Virus record (IMG/VR): IMGVR_UViG_3300020429_000529
Coordinates: 198,762 to 262,761 of that record
Source of the DNA: a virus
Direction: 5' to 3' (one strand)
DNA: 64,000 bases
Numbering within the stretch: position 1 is the first letter of the stretch; each line of letters begins with the position of its first letter. Below the pieces are notes generated by a model. It saw only the letters and a list, made by a program, of their open reading frames with translations, was not told the origin of the DNA and did not search any database. Below are positions 55,965-64,000 of the stretch, one piece after another. The translations under genes and the position numbers were made by a program.

Positions 55965-56600
55965 ATGGCTAACTGGCAAACATATACCACTATCATCGGC
56001 ATAGATCCCGGAATCGGGGGCGGAATCACGATTTTGACTGAAGATTCTGTCTCAGTCCATTACGTTCCTCATATCACAGAGAAGCGCGGGAAAACTAACA
56101 AGAAGAACTACGACAAGCGAGCGATGGCGGATCTTCTGCGTCCTCATGCTGGTCCGAAGACCGTGGCTGTTCTTGAACAGGTGCATGCGATGCGAGGTCA
56201 AGGCGTCACATCGATGTTCAACTTCGGTCGGGGCTTTGGCATTTGGGAGGGGATTTTCGCGGGCTTGGAGTTTGACGTTGAGTTGGTGACTCCGCAAACG
56301 TGGAAGAAGCAATGGGCCGATGAACTGATGGCGAAAGTCGTCAAACCTGAGATTCTCAAGACCAAGACCGCCGAATACAATCGACTCTCTCCAAAGAAGC
56401 GTCTTGAGTACGACGAAGCAGAGAAGGAATGGCAGCAGGAAAAGAAGAAAGCTAAAGAGAACGCTAAGGATGCTGCTCGAACGCTGGCGGCGAAACTGTA
56501 TCCTGACCTGTCCGACCATTTCAAGCTCAAAAAAGACGATGGTAAGGCAGAATCGCTCTTGATCGCTGAACGCAAGAGATTGGAGATTGCAGATGGCTGA
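55965..56600 (+). CDS. RuvC-like Holliday junction resolvase (RNase H fold)
   Basis: The N-terminal IIGIDPGIGGGITIL resembles RuvC ILGIDPGSRVTGYAV. It has a basic C-terminal extension. Confidence 0.45.
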   Translation: MANWQTYTTIIGIDPGIGGGITILTEDSVSVHYVPHITEKRGKTNKKNYDKRAMADLLRPHAGPKTVAVLEQVHAMRGQGVTSMFNFGRGFGIWEGIFAGLEFDVELVTPQTWKKQWADELMAKVVKPEILKTKTAEYNRLSPKKRLEYDEAEKEWQQEKKKAKENAKDAARTLAAKLYPDLSDHFKLKKDDGKAESLLIAERKRLEIADG

Positions 56601-57297
56601 TAGAAGTAAAGAAACGCTGGAAGAAAAGCGGGCCGCGGCTGAAGAAGCAAATCGTATGAATCGAGTAGACAAAGAGGGTCTGCTTGAAAATCTCCTGCGT
56701 ATTGGTACGGGTCACAGTCCTATTTACAAAGACGCAGGAGGGCGAGAGCCGTCAGGGTTCATTGATACATCCGCCGATCGTCCAGATGCGGATGTTGAAG
56801 CAGAGCATATTGACTTCGATGGGTTGATGTCCTCGATGGGCTATGCTCCTCCTCAGACTCAAACCAAGGTTGCATCGATCCAGTCGTTTGGCGACATCGA
56901 TCCCTTGTTCCAGGATATTGCTGAGTTCAAGTTCTCTTCGAGAAACCGAGATGACGAAATCGCCATCTTGCGAGAGGCTATCCGTCAGGGGAAGCTCGTC
57001 ATCATACAGCAGCGTCAGAAGGAAGTCACAAATCAGGTCGTAGAGAACACGAAGAAGGCATCGAAGGGAACGGAGAAGTTCTTCAGGCTCAAGGACGGCG
57101 GTCTTCGAGTCGAGTTTTCGCTACTTGGTCAAAAGTATTCCATGAGCGCTCACGGCATGCTTCAAAGCAACGACTGCCTTTGCTGGCAGGTTGAAGGCGA
57201 TTCTATTCAGGGTCATGTCATGAGGCTTCAGAACGGGCAGTTCCATAACGTCAGTAGCGGTTTTGAAATCAACGTGACTCAGGGCTGGAAGAGCTAA
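56587..57297 (+). CDS. hypothetical protein
   Basis: 236-aa ORF. Confidence 0.35.
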   Translation: MQMADRSKETLEEKRAAAEEANRMNRVDKEGLLENLLRIGTGHSPIYKDAGGREPSGFIDTSADRPDADVEAEHIDFDGLMSSMGYAPPQTQTKVASIQSFGDIDPLFQDIAEFKFSSRNRDDEIAILREAIRQGKLVIIQQRQKEVTNQVVENTKKASKGTEKFFRLKDGGLRVEFSLLGQKYSMSAHGMLQSNDCLCWQVEGDSIQGHVMRLQNGQFHNVSSGFEINVTQGWKS

Positions 57298-57689
57298 TGC
57301 GAAACTGGTACAAGATAGCTAAAGACGAGAAGCCTGAGGTCCAGTCGATTCATTCGATGGAAGACCGTAATCGCGTGAACGCGAAGATCAGGCATCTTGA
57401 AGCTCTTGTATCTGTTCTTGACCGAGCGGCGGATCTTGCTTTTCAGACTCAGCGAGGCGCTCGCGGTATGGTTCAGCGAGTTCTTGCCGATAAGAGATTG
57501 TCGTCTTACCCGTCGATCAAAGGAGTTCTTGTCGAGGCCGATGAGATTGCTATGGACTCTCCTCCCCGTTTCATCGAAGTATGCCGAGCCGGTATCATCG
57601 AGATCGAAATGAAAATCGCAGCCCTCAAAGCAGAGCGTAAGCGATTTGTTGATGAAGAGTTGGGCTTGCCTCGCAAGGGACTCTCCTAA
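57297..57689 (+). CDS. hypothetical protein
   Basis: 130-aa ORF. Confidence 0.35.
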   Translation: MRNWYKIAKDEKPEVQSIHSMEDRNRVNAKIRHLEALVSVLDRAADLAFQTQRGARGMVQRVLADKRLSSYPSIKGVLVEADEIAMDSPPRFIEVCRAGIIEIEMKIAALKAERKRFVDEELGLPRKGLS

Positions 57690-57700
57690 AGGAGTCCTGT

Positions 57701-58342
57701 ATGTCGGATGAAGAAAAGGCGCTTGCCAAAAACGAAGATTCCTCATCGCTTTCTGATTTTGCCGACTCGATAGATACGAGTCGAGTTGTCACAAGAGCCA
57801 ACTGCCGTCTTTGCAACCATCCGCTTCGAGAACAAGCGGAAGCCATGTACGCAGAGAGCAGCAATGCCAAGAAGGTCCATCGTTGGCTTGTTTCGCAAGG
57901 CCTCAACGATATCCATTACAACTCGGTCTACAATCATCTGACCCGACACTTCATGCAGCCGATCCTCGATGAGAGGATCAAAGATTACGCAAGCGACCTG
58001 AAGAGATACGCTCAGCTTCAGGAAGCTCAAGAAGAGAAGATCAGGCGACACATCGGAATGATCGAGAGGCGTATTCTCTTGATCGAGGCGAATACAGACG
58101 AGGAGAATATCGATTCGCAGCGAAAGACGGGCGAGACAGTCGCTAAGCTGATGGATCAGATTCACAAGTGGGAAGAGAAGCTTGCCGAACTCGAAGGGGC
58201 CAAGGAGCCAGTTCGAATCGTTCTGCACAAGTTCAATGATATCGTGAGAATCAAAATCGATGACATCCAAGATCCTGCGGCAAGGTTGGTCCTGCAGGAG
58301 ATCATCGATGAGTTTGCCCAAGAGGTTCAGGAGATTCAATAA
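57701..58342 (+). CDS. hypothetical coiled-coil protein with an N-terminal CxxC (possibly a DNA-packaging or regulatory protein)
   Basis: 213 aa. CRLCNHP near the N-terminus; the rest is helical and charged. Confidence 0.3.
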   Translation: MSDEEKALAKNEDSSSLSDFADSIDTSRVVTRANCRLCNHPLREQAEAMYAESSNAKKVHRWLVSQGLNDIHYNSVYNHLTRHFMQPILDERIKDYASDLKRYAQLQEAQEEKIRRHIGMIERRILLIEANTDEENIDSQRKTGETVAKLMDQIHKWEEKLAELEGAKEPVRIVLHKFNDIVRIKIDDIQDPAARLVLQEIIDEFAQEVQEIQ

Positions 58343-58345
58343 CTA

Positions 58346-58510
58346 TGGCTGAACATCATGACAGCATGAAGCGACTCATGCAAAAAGTCGAGGGGAAGAA
58401 AACCGTGCAGAGCAAACCTATTGCAAAGGCTCAGTCGAATACAAGCAAGACAACCACGGTCAATGCCTCTTCAAAGAAACGTGGCTGCGGCTGTAAGCGG
58501 AGAAAGAAGT
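58346..58510 (+). CDS. small Lys/Arg-rich peptide (54 aa), not in the ORF track
   Basis: ATG at 58346 to TAG at 58508-58510. It ends SSKKRGCGCKRRKK. Confidence 0.25.
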
Positions 58511-58511
58511 A

Positions 58512-61165
58512 GATTGGATAGCAACCAGATCATCTCGGATCTGCAGACTGTTGTTCACTCTCGTAATGGAAGATCGATCTCTGATAAAGAGGCTCGATCT
58601 GTCATTAGGGGACTGCTGTCGTATCGCGATACCTCAAAACAACTGCTCTCTGCGCCTCGGCATCTGTTTCAGGCGATCGTTGAAAACGACAGTTTCTACG
58701 GCAAGAGCCTGATCCCCTGCGATACCGTCCAACTTCGTTCAATGCTGTCGGACCAGCAGATCTCAACATGCGGAAGTCTGTGCGTCTTTTCGCTGTCTCT
58801 TGCCAAGAAGCTCTTCAGAGACTACGCTTGCTTCCTGATTCTCAAAGGAGAGCCAGAAGATATCTGTCACGATTTGAAGACCGTTGGCGGGATGGCTGTT
58901 TGCGGTCGAAACCGAATCAACTTCAAGGGTAGAGTTTCGAGTATCGTTGTCAACGATGATGCTCCCTTCGATGAGGTTGAGCGTATTGTTTCCGACACAA
59001 TCCCCGAGTGCCCGATCTACAACGTCAGCTATATTCCTGGCCTTGAGCAGGTCAGGGTTGCCGCTGTAGAGAGGCGATATGTTGTTGAGCTATCGGCTGT
59101 CAACCTGCATAAGATGATTGTCAAGGCTCCTACCGCTGAGGATGCCGTAGACCGAGCTTTGACAAAGCGGTGGAATACAAATCCGGACAACAAGGGCAAG
59201 AGACGATCAGAGCGATACCGTTCAGAGTATTGGAAGAATTCAGGTTTTTGGGACTCAATCGTGCGAGAAGCATCTATCAGAACATCTCAGTCGCAGGCAC
59301 CGTCGCTGCAGCTAACTCCTGAAGAGGAGCAGGTGTTCTCTACGATCATGGCAATCGATAAGCAGTTCGGGCTTGGACAGCAGTACCGAGTTGCGGGCGG
59401 ATGGGTTCGAGATCGATTGCTCGGAACGCAGAGCGACGACATCGACATCGCTCTTGACAAGATGACTGGTCAACAGTTCCGAGAGTATGCGGATCGATAT
59501 GCTCAGCAAAATCCTGATTCGCAGATCGGCAAGAGCTACGTTGTCGATCAGAATCCTGATGCCTCGAAGCATCTTGAAACGACTGCGATTCAGATGGGTC
59601 CGTTCAAGATCGACTTTGTAAATCTTCGCACCGAAGACTACGCCTCGGACAGTCGTATCCCTGAGATGCAGTTTGGATCTCCCGAGGAAGATGCTCAGCG
59701 ACGAGACCTGACGATCAATGCTTTGTTCTACAACATTGGAACAGGTCAGGTTGAGGATTATGTCGGAGGGCTGCAGGATATTCAGTCCATGACGCTCAGG
59801 ACGCCGTTGGATGCTCAACAGACGTTCATGGATGACCCTCTCCGTATGCTGAGGGTACTGAGGTTCCATAGCCGCTACGAGGGCTCTCAGATCGCTCCTG
59901 AGACGCTTGAGGGCATGAGCCATCCCGAGGTCCATGAGGCGTACAGAACGAAGGTCTCGCCCGAACGAGCGGGCCCTGAGATCATGAAGCTGTTTGGCGG
60001 AGCTACGCCCGAGGCATCTGTGCGCGTTCTCTACGAAACCGGCATGGATGCGGCTATTTTGAATCTGCCAGACTTCCAGGGCCTTCAGCCTGCAACCATG
60101 GACCAGAGGAATCCCAATCATCGCCTCAACTGGCTTGAGCATACGCTGAAGGTTGTCAAGAACCTGAATGATCTTCTCGCGCAAAATGGCATCGAAGGCA
60201 AGGATCGATCGCTTGCTCTAATGGGAGCTTGGTTCCATGACTTCGGTAAGTTGCATCCTGATATTCAGCAGCCCAAGGACGGCAATCCTGACCACATGAC
60301 CTATCACGGTCATGAGGATGTCTCCGCTAAGCTGTCCGAGAAGTTCCTCAAGAGTATCGGCGTAGGACGAGACGATCGAGAAGTCGTCAACATGATCGTG
60401 CAAGAACATATGACGCCCCACAACTATGGGAAGGACTGGAACAAGCGACAGATGGGCAAGTTCCGTCAGAAGACATTGATCCCTGGTCAGGACCGAGAGG
60501 ATCTTTGGAAGCTTGTCATGTGGCATGCCCAGGCGGATGCTGCGGCAAAGAGCGAAGACTCGACCCTTGAGGACGTTCCTGAGTATGCCGATCGCTTCAG
60601 CGCTATGCAGACGTACATGGATACCCCTCCGCCTGCGAAGCCTCTTGTTGACGGGAGGAGATTGATTGAACTTTTCCCAACACTAAGTCCTAAGAGCGGG
60701 TTTATTCGAGACGTTCATAGCCGACTGCTCGATGAGCAGGGCGCGGGAAACATTACAGACCAAGCGCAGGCTGAGGCCTATGTTGAGAGTCTCCGTTTGG
60801 AAATCGAATCAAGATACGGCGGAGGTCAGCCCATGGCGTCAAACTGGTACAAGAAAGTCAAAATCGCAGATGCCAGCAGCGCTTCCGGCACTGAGGGTTA
60901 CAACGCTGGCCCAGACAGCAACCCAGAGAGAGATCGATGGGATGGCGTAAAGCAAATGATCCGATATGAACCTGGGGAGAATAGTGTCTTCCGAGTCGGC
61001 GATCGGGTTAAGCGCCGTCAAGTTGGGCTTGGCGACGAACCTCTCATGGGCAAGGTCATTGGAAAGAAGGGGAATCGCATCAAGGTTCGTTGGGACGATG
61101 GCGATGAGGTTGAATCCTTTGATCTCAACGACACCAAGACGACTTTTACGTTGGAGCGGTTTTGA
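58512..61165 (+). CDS. CCA-adding tRNA nucleotidyltransferase / poly(A) polymerase family enzyme (Pol-beta-like head plus HD domain) with about 280-aa N-terminal and about 190-aa C-terminal extensions
   Basis: Head-domain GGWVRDRLLG ... DDIDIALD and RDLTINALFYNI. The HD motif is WFHDFGK...H. The ORF track start at 58421 overlaps the small ORF; a TTG at 58512 is a possible start. Confidence 0.6.
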
Positions 61166-61172
61166 GTTATAG

Positions 61173-64000
61173 ATGCCAACTTCTGATCTAACCATCATCA
61201 ACTTCAAGCAGGAATGGATCGTCGGTCCCGATGTCACGTTTAACTCGGGCTTTGAGGCCGATTCAAATGAACCATTCTTCAGCGCCGTAACGCTCGAAGC
61301 TGAGCGTCCCTTTACCGAGAGGTTGAGGGAGACGATTCAGCCTACTGCTGTTTCTGGCGTCGAAGGTCCAATTGTCTACGGAGGCAACTACAAGCCTGTC
61401 CTGCAGGATATTGAGATCGTTGAAGTTGCAAGTCAGGATCTTGATGCAACGCAGTTGCAAGTCATTCGTCAAAACCTCACGGTCAATGTAAGCCCGGATC
61501 CTGGCGGTCCTGATGTTTTCTTGCTGAACATCACGCCAATCGCTCTTGCAGGAGCGCAGTTCTTTGAGTTGAAGATTCCGTATGAGGAAACGGATATCGT
61601 CAACAACAGCCCTGACCTTACGATTCCGTTCTTGCAGTTTACAGGAACCGACGCCCTTCCGACAGAAACAGTCATAGGACTTAGCCAGTCCAACAACGAG
61701 CTTACTGTCTATGCGGGCAACGAGGTTATCACCGAACTCGTTCTTGAAGTTAATGATATCACAGCAGGAACTCGAACTTTTACTTCTAAGACGGCTGAGG
61801 TAACAGCGACAGATCTGGATATCAACTGGGCTGAGGACATCAACGGTCAAACATTGTTGATGATGGATAATCCAGGAGATACATTCCCTCAGTTCGTGCA
61901 GGCCACTTCTCTTGGTAGTAACACGATCGGCGTCAACTATTACTATTTGATGACAATCGATCCGAATACAGATACCATTAGCGCATTAGTCAACAAAGAA
62001 GTTGCTGGTGTAGAGGGCGGATCATTCGAAACGTCATCGACAGGCGTTCCTCTTTTCTCAATTTGTGTTGGGCCTGGTATTTTTGTTAGCGTCAATAAGG
62101 GTTCTCAAGGCGCATCAGGTATGCTTACTGTTACGGTTAACAGACAAAGCCTGCCAACTCCTGGAAACTTCAGAAGAAGCCTTCCTGTTATAGCCTTCAG
62201 AAACAATCACTCTTTCAATCAGGCTCTTTCAGTAACATGCGGAACAAGCACAATTGAACTCTCATCGACAAAAGATGCGATAGGCACAGTCGCTAATGCA
62301 ACGGCGATAGTCGATGCAGACATGACTGTAACCGAACTCATTACGGCGCTGAATGATGCTATTGCCACAGTGCCCGAATGGGTTCCCTGGTTCGAAGCTG
62401 TTTTGTTTGAAGGAGAATGGCAGCCAATTGCAAGTGCAGTTCTTTACATCAATGATCTTGCTATCAATGCCAAGTACGGTAATAACACAACAGGATTGCT
62501 TGATGGCATTAGGCATGGAACCTACATTATTCCAGATAACGGAGGCAACATTCCGACAAGGTTGCCGTCAGACCCTACTTCATTTGCTCTTCCTCTTGAG
62601 GTAGAACAAGGAACTGGTCTTCCTATCTATAGCGAATCGTATGATGCTTCTGATCTGAGTATCACAATCAAAGATGTTTTCGATGACCTTATTGAAAACC
62701 TTCCTGCAGGTTTCTTCCGCTTTTACCAGGGATCGACTTTTGCTGGAAGCGCATTCAATAACATTGACTTCACAACATTTGTTGATACGCCAATTGAATA
62801 CTACGAGAATCTTCCAATCGCAGCGATTAACGATGGAACGGTTTCCGTAAGCGGCAACAATGCAAGCAATAATGTCATCCATCTACAATGGATAAAGTTT
62901 GACCATACGTTCGAAACAGCGGTCGGTCAGTATACTTACTCCATCGCAACAGATACTATGTCTACTGTTGCTGCGGCTCTCGAAGCGGACGCTGATTTTA
63001 CCTCAGTCGGCGCATCGATCGAAGCAGGACTCCTGCTTGGAGATGCTCCCGTAGGCCTGATTGATAGACCAGAAACCATTACTGTCAATTCGATGCTGGC
63101 TCCGTTTGTGCTGACCGTCAAAGGAGAGCCCGGACAATCAATCTCTGCAAGCTCGACATTTTCATTGGCAGGCAAAACCGTTAATGAACTGATCTCTGAG
63201 TTCAATATCGACGCTGATATCGGCGGAGCTTTTGAAGCGGTTCTGCTGAATAGCACAAGAGGCAACGCTTCGGCAACTTCACTTATTGAAGCAGGCCCCC
63301 TTGATATCGATGAGCCACCTTCATCGCCAGCGAAGTTTGCTGGTTCGTTTACTCGACCTCGTTTTTCTCAGTACGATCTGTCAACTTTCCCAACCCTTGC
63401 CTCTCTGGCGACTCGCATCAACAGCGATTGGAGCGGAGATGGATTGTCTGTATTGGTCCGCTCTGAAACAAATCCGTTTCCAGATGCTATCTCAGCCAAT
63501 CTCCTTGAGGTCATTCCTGCTGTCTCGATTTACGATACGGTTGTTGTCTTCAATGGAGTTGTCAAAGAAGTTGCAACGCCAGAGGCTCCAAGAGAAGATG
63601 TCACGCTATCTTTCAACATCAAGTTTGCTGCTGGCGGCGTACCTTTCGAAGAAACAGGCATTCAAGTTGCGCTTGGAGGATACGAGAGCGAGGGAACGTT
63701 CTTCCCCAACAATGCTCCAAACTCATTCTTCGAACCTGGTTACAATACTCTCTTCCCGATAACGTTTAGCGTCGTTGATGCTGATACGATCTATCTGCTT
63801 GTGCGAACCCGTAAGAACCTTGACGGAACGATTTATCTATCTGAAGTCAATGATTATGCTGGTCGCATAACATACACAAACGGATCGAGAGGCGAACAAG
63901 CCTCGCCCTTCATCCCTACCGAACCGCAGTTCGTTGATGCATGGGAAGAGACAAATCTTGGCGATCCTCCTACGGATCAAGTTCCTGTTGTTGTCGCTTT
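61173..64000 (+). CDS. large virion structural protein (tail fibre or other structural component), 3' end outside the window
   Basis: I translated by hand from the ATG at 61173 and it stays open to the window end (more than 940 codons). It is absent from the ORF track, presumably because no stop lies inside the window. The composition is rich in T/S/N/G/A and low in charge, typical of fibre or beta-rich structural proteins. Confidence 0.45.
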   Translation, partial: MPTSDLTIINFKQEWIVGPDVTFNSGFEADSNEPFFSAVTLEAERPFTERLRETIQPTAVSGVEGPIVYGGNYKPVLQDIEIVEVASQDLDATQLQVIRQNLTVNVSPDPGGPDVFLLNITPIALAGAQFFELKIPYEETDIVNNSPDLTIPFLQFTGTDALPTETVIGLSQSNNELTVYAGNEVITELVLEVNDITAGTRTFTSKTAEVTATDLDINWAEDINGQTLLMMDNPGDTFPQFVQATSLGSNTIGVNYYYLMTIDPNTDTISALVNKEVAGVEGGSFETSSTGVPLFSICVGPGIFVSVNKGSQGASGMLTVTVNRQSLPTPGNFRRSLPVIAFRNNHSFNQALSVTCGTSTIELSSTKDAIGTVANATAIVDADMTVTELITALNDAIATVPEWVPWFEAVLFEGEWQPIASAVLYINDLAINAKYGNNTTGLLDGIRHGTYIIPDNGGNIPTRLPSDPTSFALPLEVEQGTGLPIYSESYDASDLSITIKDVFDDLIENLPAGFFRFYQGSTFAGSAFNNIDFTTFVDTPIEYYENLPIAAINDGTVSVSGNNASNNVIHLQWIKFDHTFETAVGQYTYSIATDTMSTVAAALEADADFTSVGASIEAGLLLGDAPVGLIDRPETITVNSMLAPFVLTVKGEPGQSISASSTFSLAGKTVNELISEFNIDADIGGAFEAVLLNSTRGNASATSLIEAGPLDIDEPPSSPAKFAGSFTRPRFSQYDLSTFPTLASLATRINSDWSGDGLSVLVRSETNPFPDAISANLLEVIPAVSIYDTVVVFNGVVKEVATPEAPREDVTLSFNIKFAAGGVPFEETGIQVALGGYESEGTFFPNNAPNSFFEPGYNTLFPITFSVVDADTIYLLVRTRKNLDGTIYLSEVNDYAGRITYTNGSRGEQASPFIPTEPQFVDAWEETNLGDPPTDQVPVVVA

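Noticed and set aside
59312-60184. 290-aa antisense ORF inside the CCA-enzyme gene
   Set aside because: It is antisense to conserved nucleotidyltransferase and HD motifs. It is a shadow ORF.
1-64000. CRISPR arrays, rRNA genes, integrases or transposases
   Set aside because: I saw no regularly spaced direct repeats with spacers, no rRNA-like segments, and no integrase or transposase motifs in any long ORF. The only mobile element recognised is the homing endonuclease.

Overview
This window looks like part of a large (jumbo) bacteriophage-like genome of about 50% GC with a bacterial-type replication and recombination toolkit. Most of it is densely packed, mostly overlapping plus-strand genes. 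The first about 12 kb holds a replication/recombination module: the tail of dnaE, a T7 gp2.5-like acidic-tailed putative SSB, recA, a DnaG-type primase, a Cas4-like nuclease, a SpoVS-like protein, a glutaredoxin-like protein, a UvrD helicase and an orphan DNA methyltransferase. From about 12.7 to 35.8 kb lies a roughly 23 kb glycan biosynthesis and decoration island. It has two NeuB-like nonulosonate synthases, two CMP-sugar cytidylyltransferases, a NeuC-like UDP-GlcNAc 2-epimerase and a KdsC-like phosphatase. It also has SDR and Gfo/Idh/MocA oxidoreductases, a truncated UDP-glucose dehydrogenase, a TPP-dependent enzyme, a 2-hydroxyacid dehydrogenase and a radical SAM enzyme. Two SAM methyltransferases, two carbohydrate sulfotransferases, about nine GT-A/GT-B glycosyltransferases and four GT42/DUF115-like putative sialyltransferase paralogs complete it. 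Downstream come topoisomerase IA, a T4-like dNMP kinase, the clamp loader tau/gamma subunit, a sigma-70-family factor and a sliding clamp. A free-standing LAGLIDADG+AP2 homing endonuclease sits behind the sigma gene and is flanked by a recoded duplicate of the sigma gene 3' end. After these come a HolA-like delta subunit, DnaJ, a second SDR epimerase and a 2OG-oxygenase-like protein. Next is a small minus-strand island with a subtilisin-like protease, IscA, a Cys-rich protein and a DUF4326 protein. The window ends with a RuvC-like resolvase, a CCA-adding/poly(A) polymerase-family enzyme with large extra domains, and the start of a very long structural ORF that runs off the end. I found no rRNA, tRNA or CRISPR arrays. 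All functional calls come from reading the translated ORFs for motifs; none has been confirmed by a database search.
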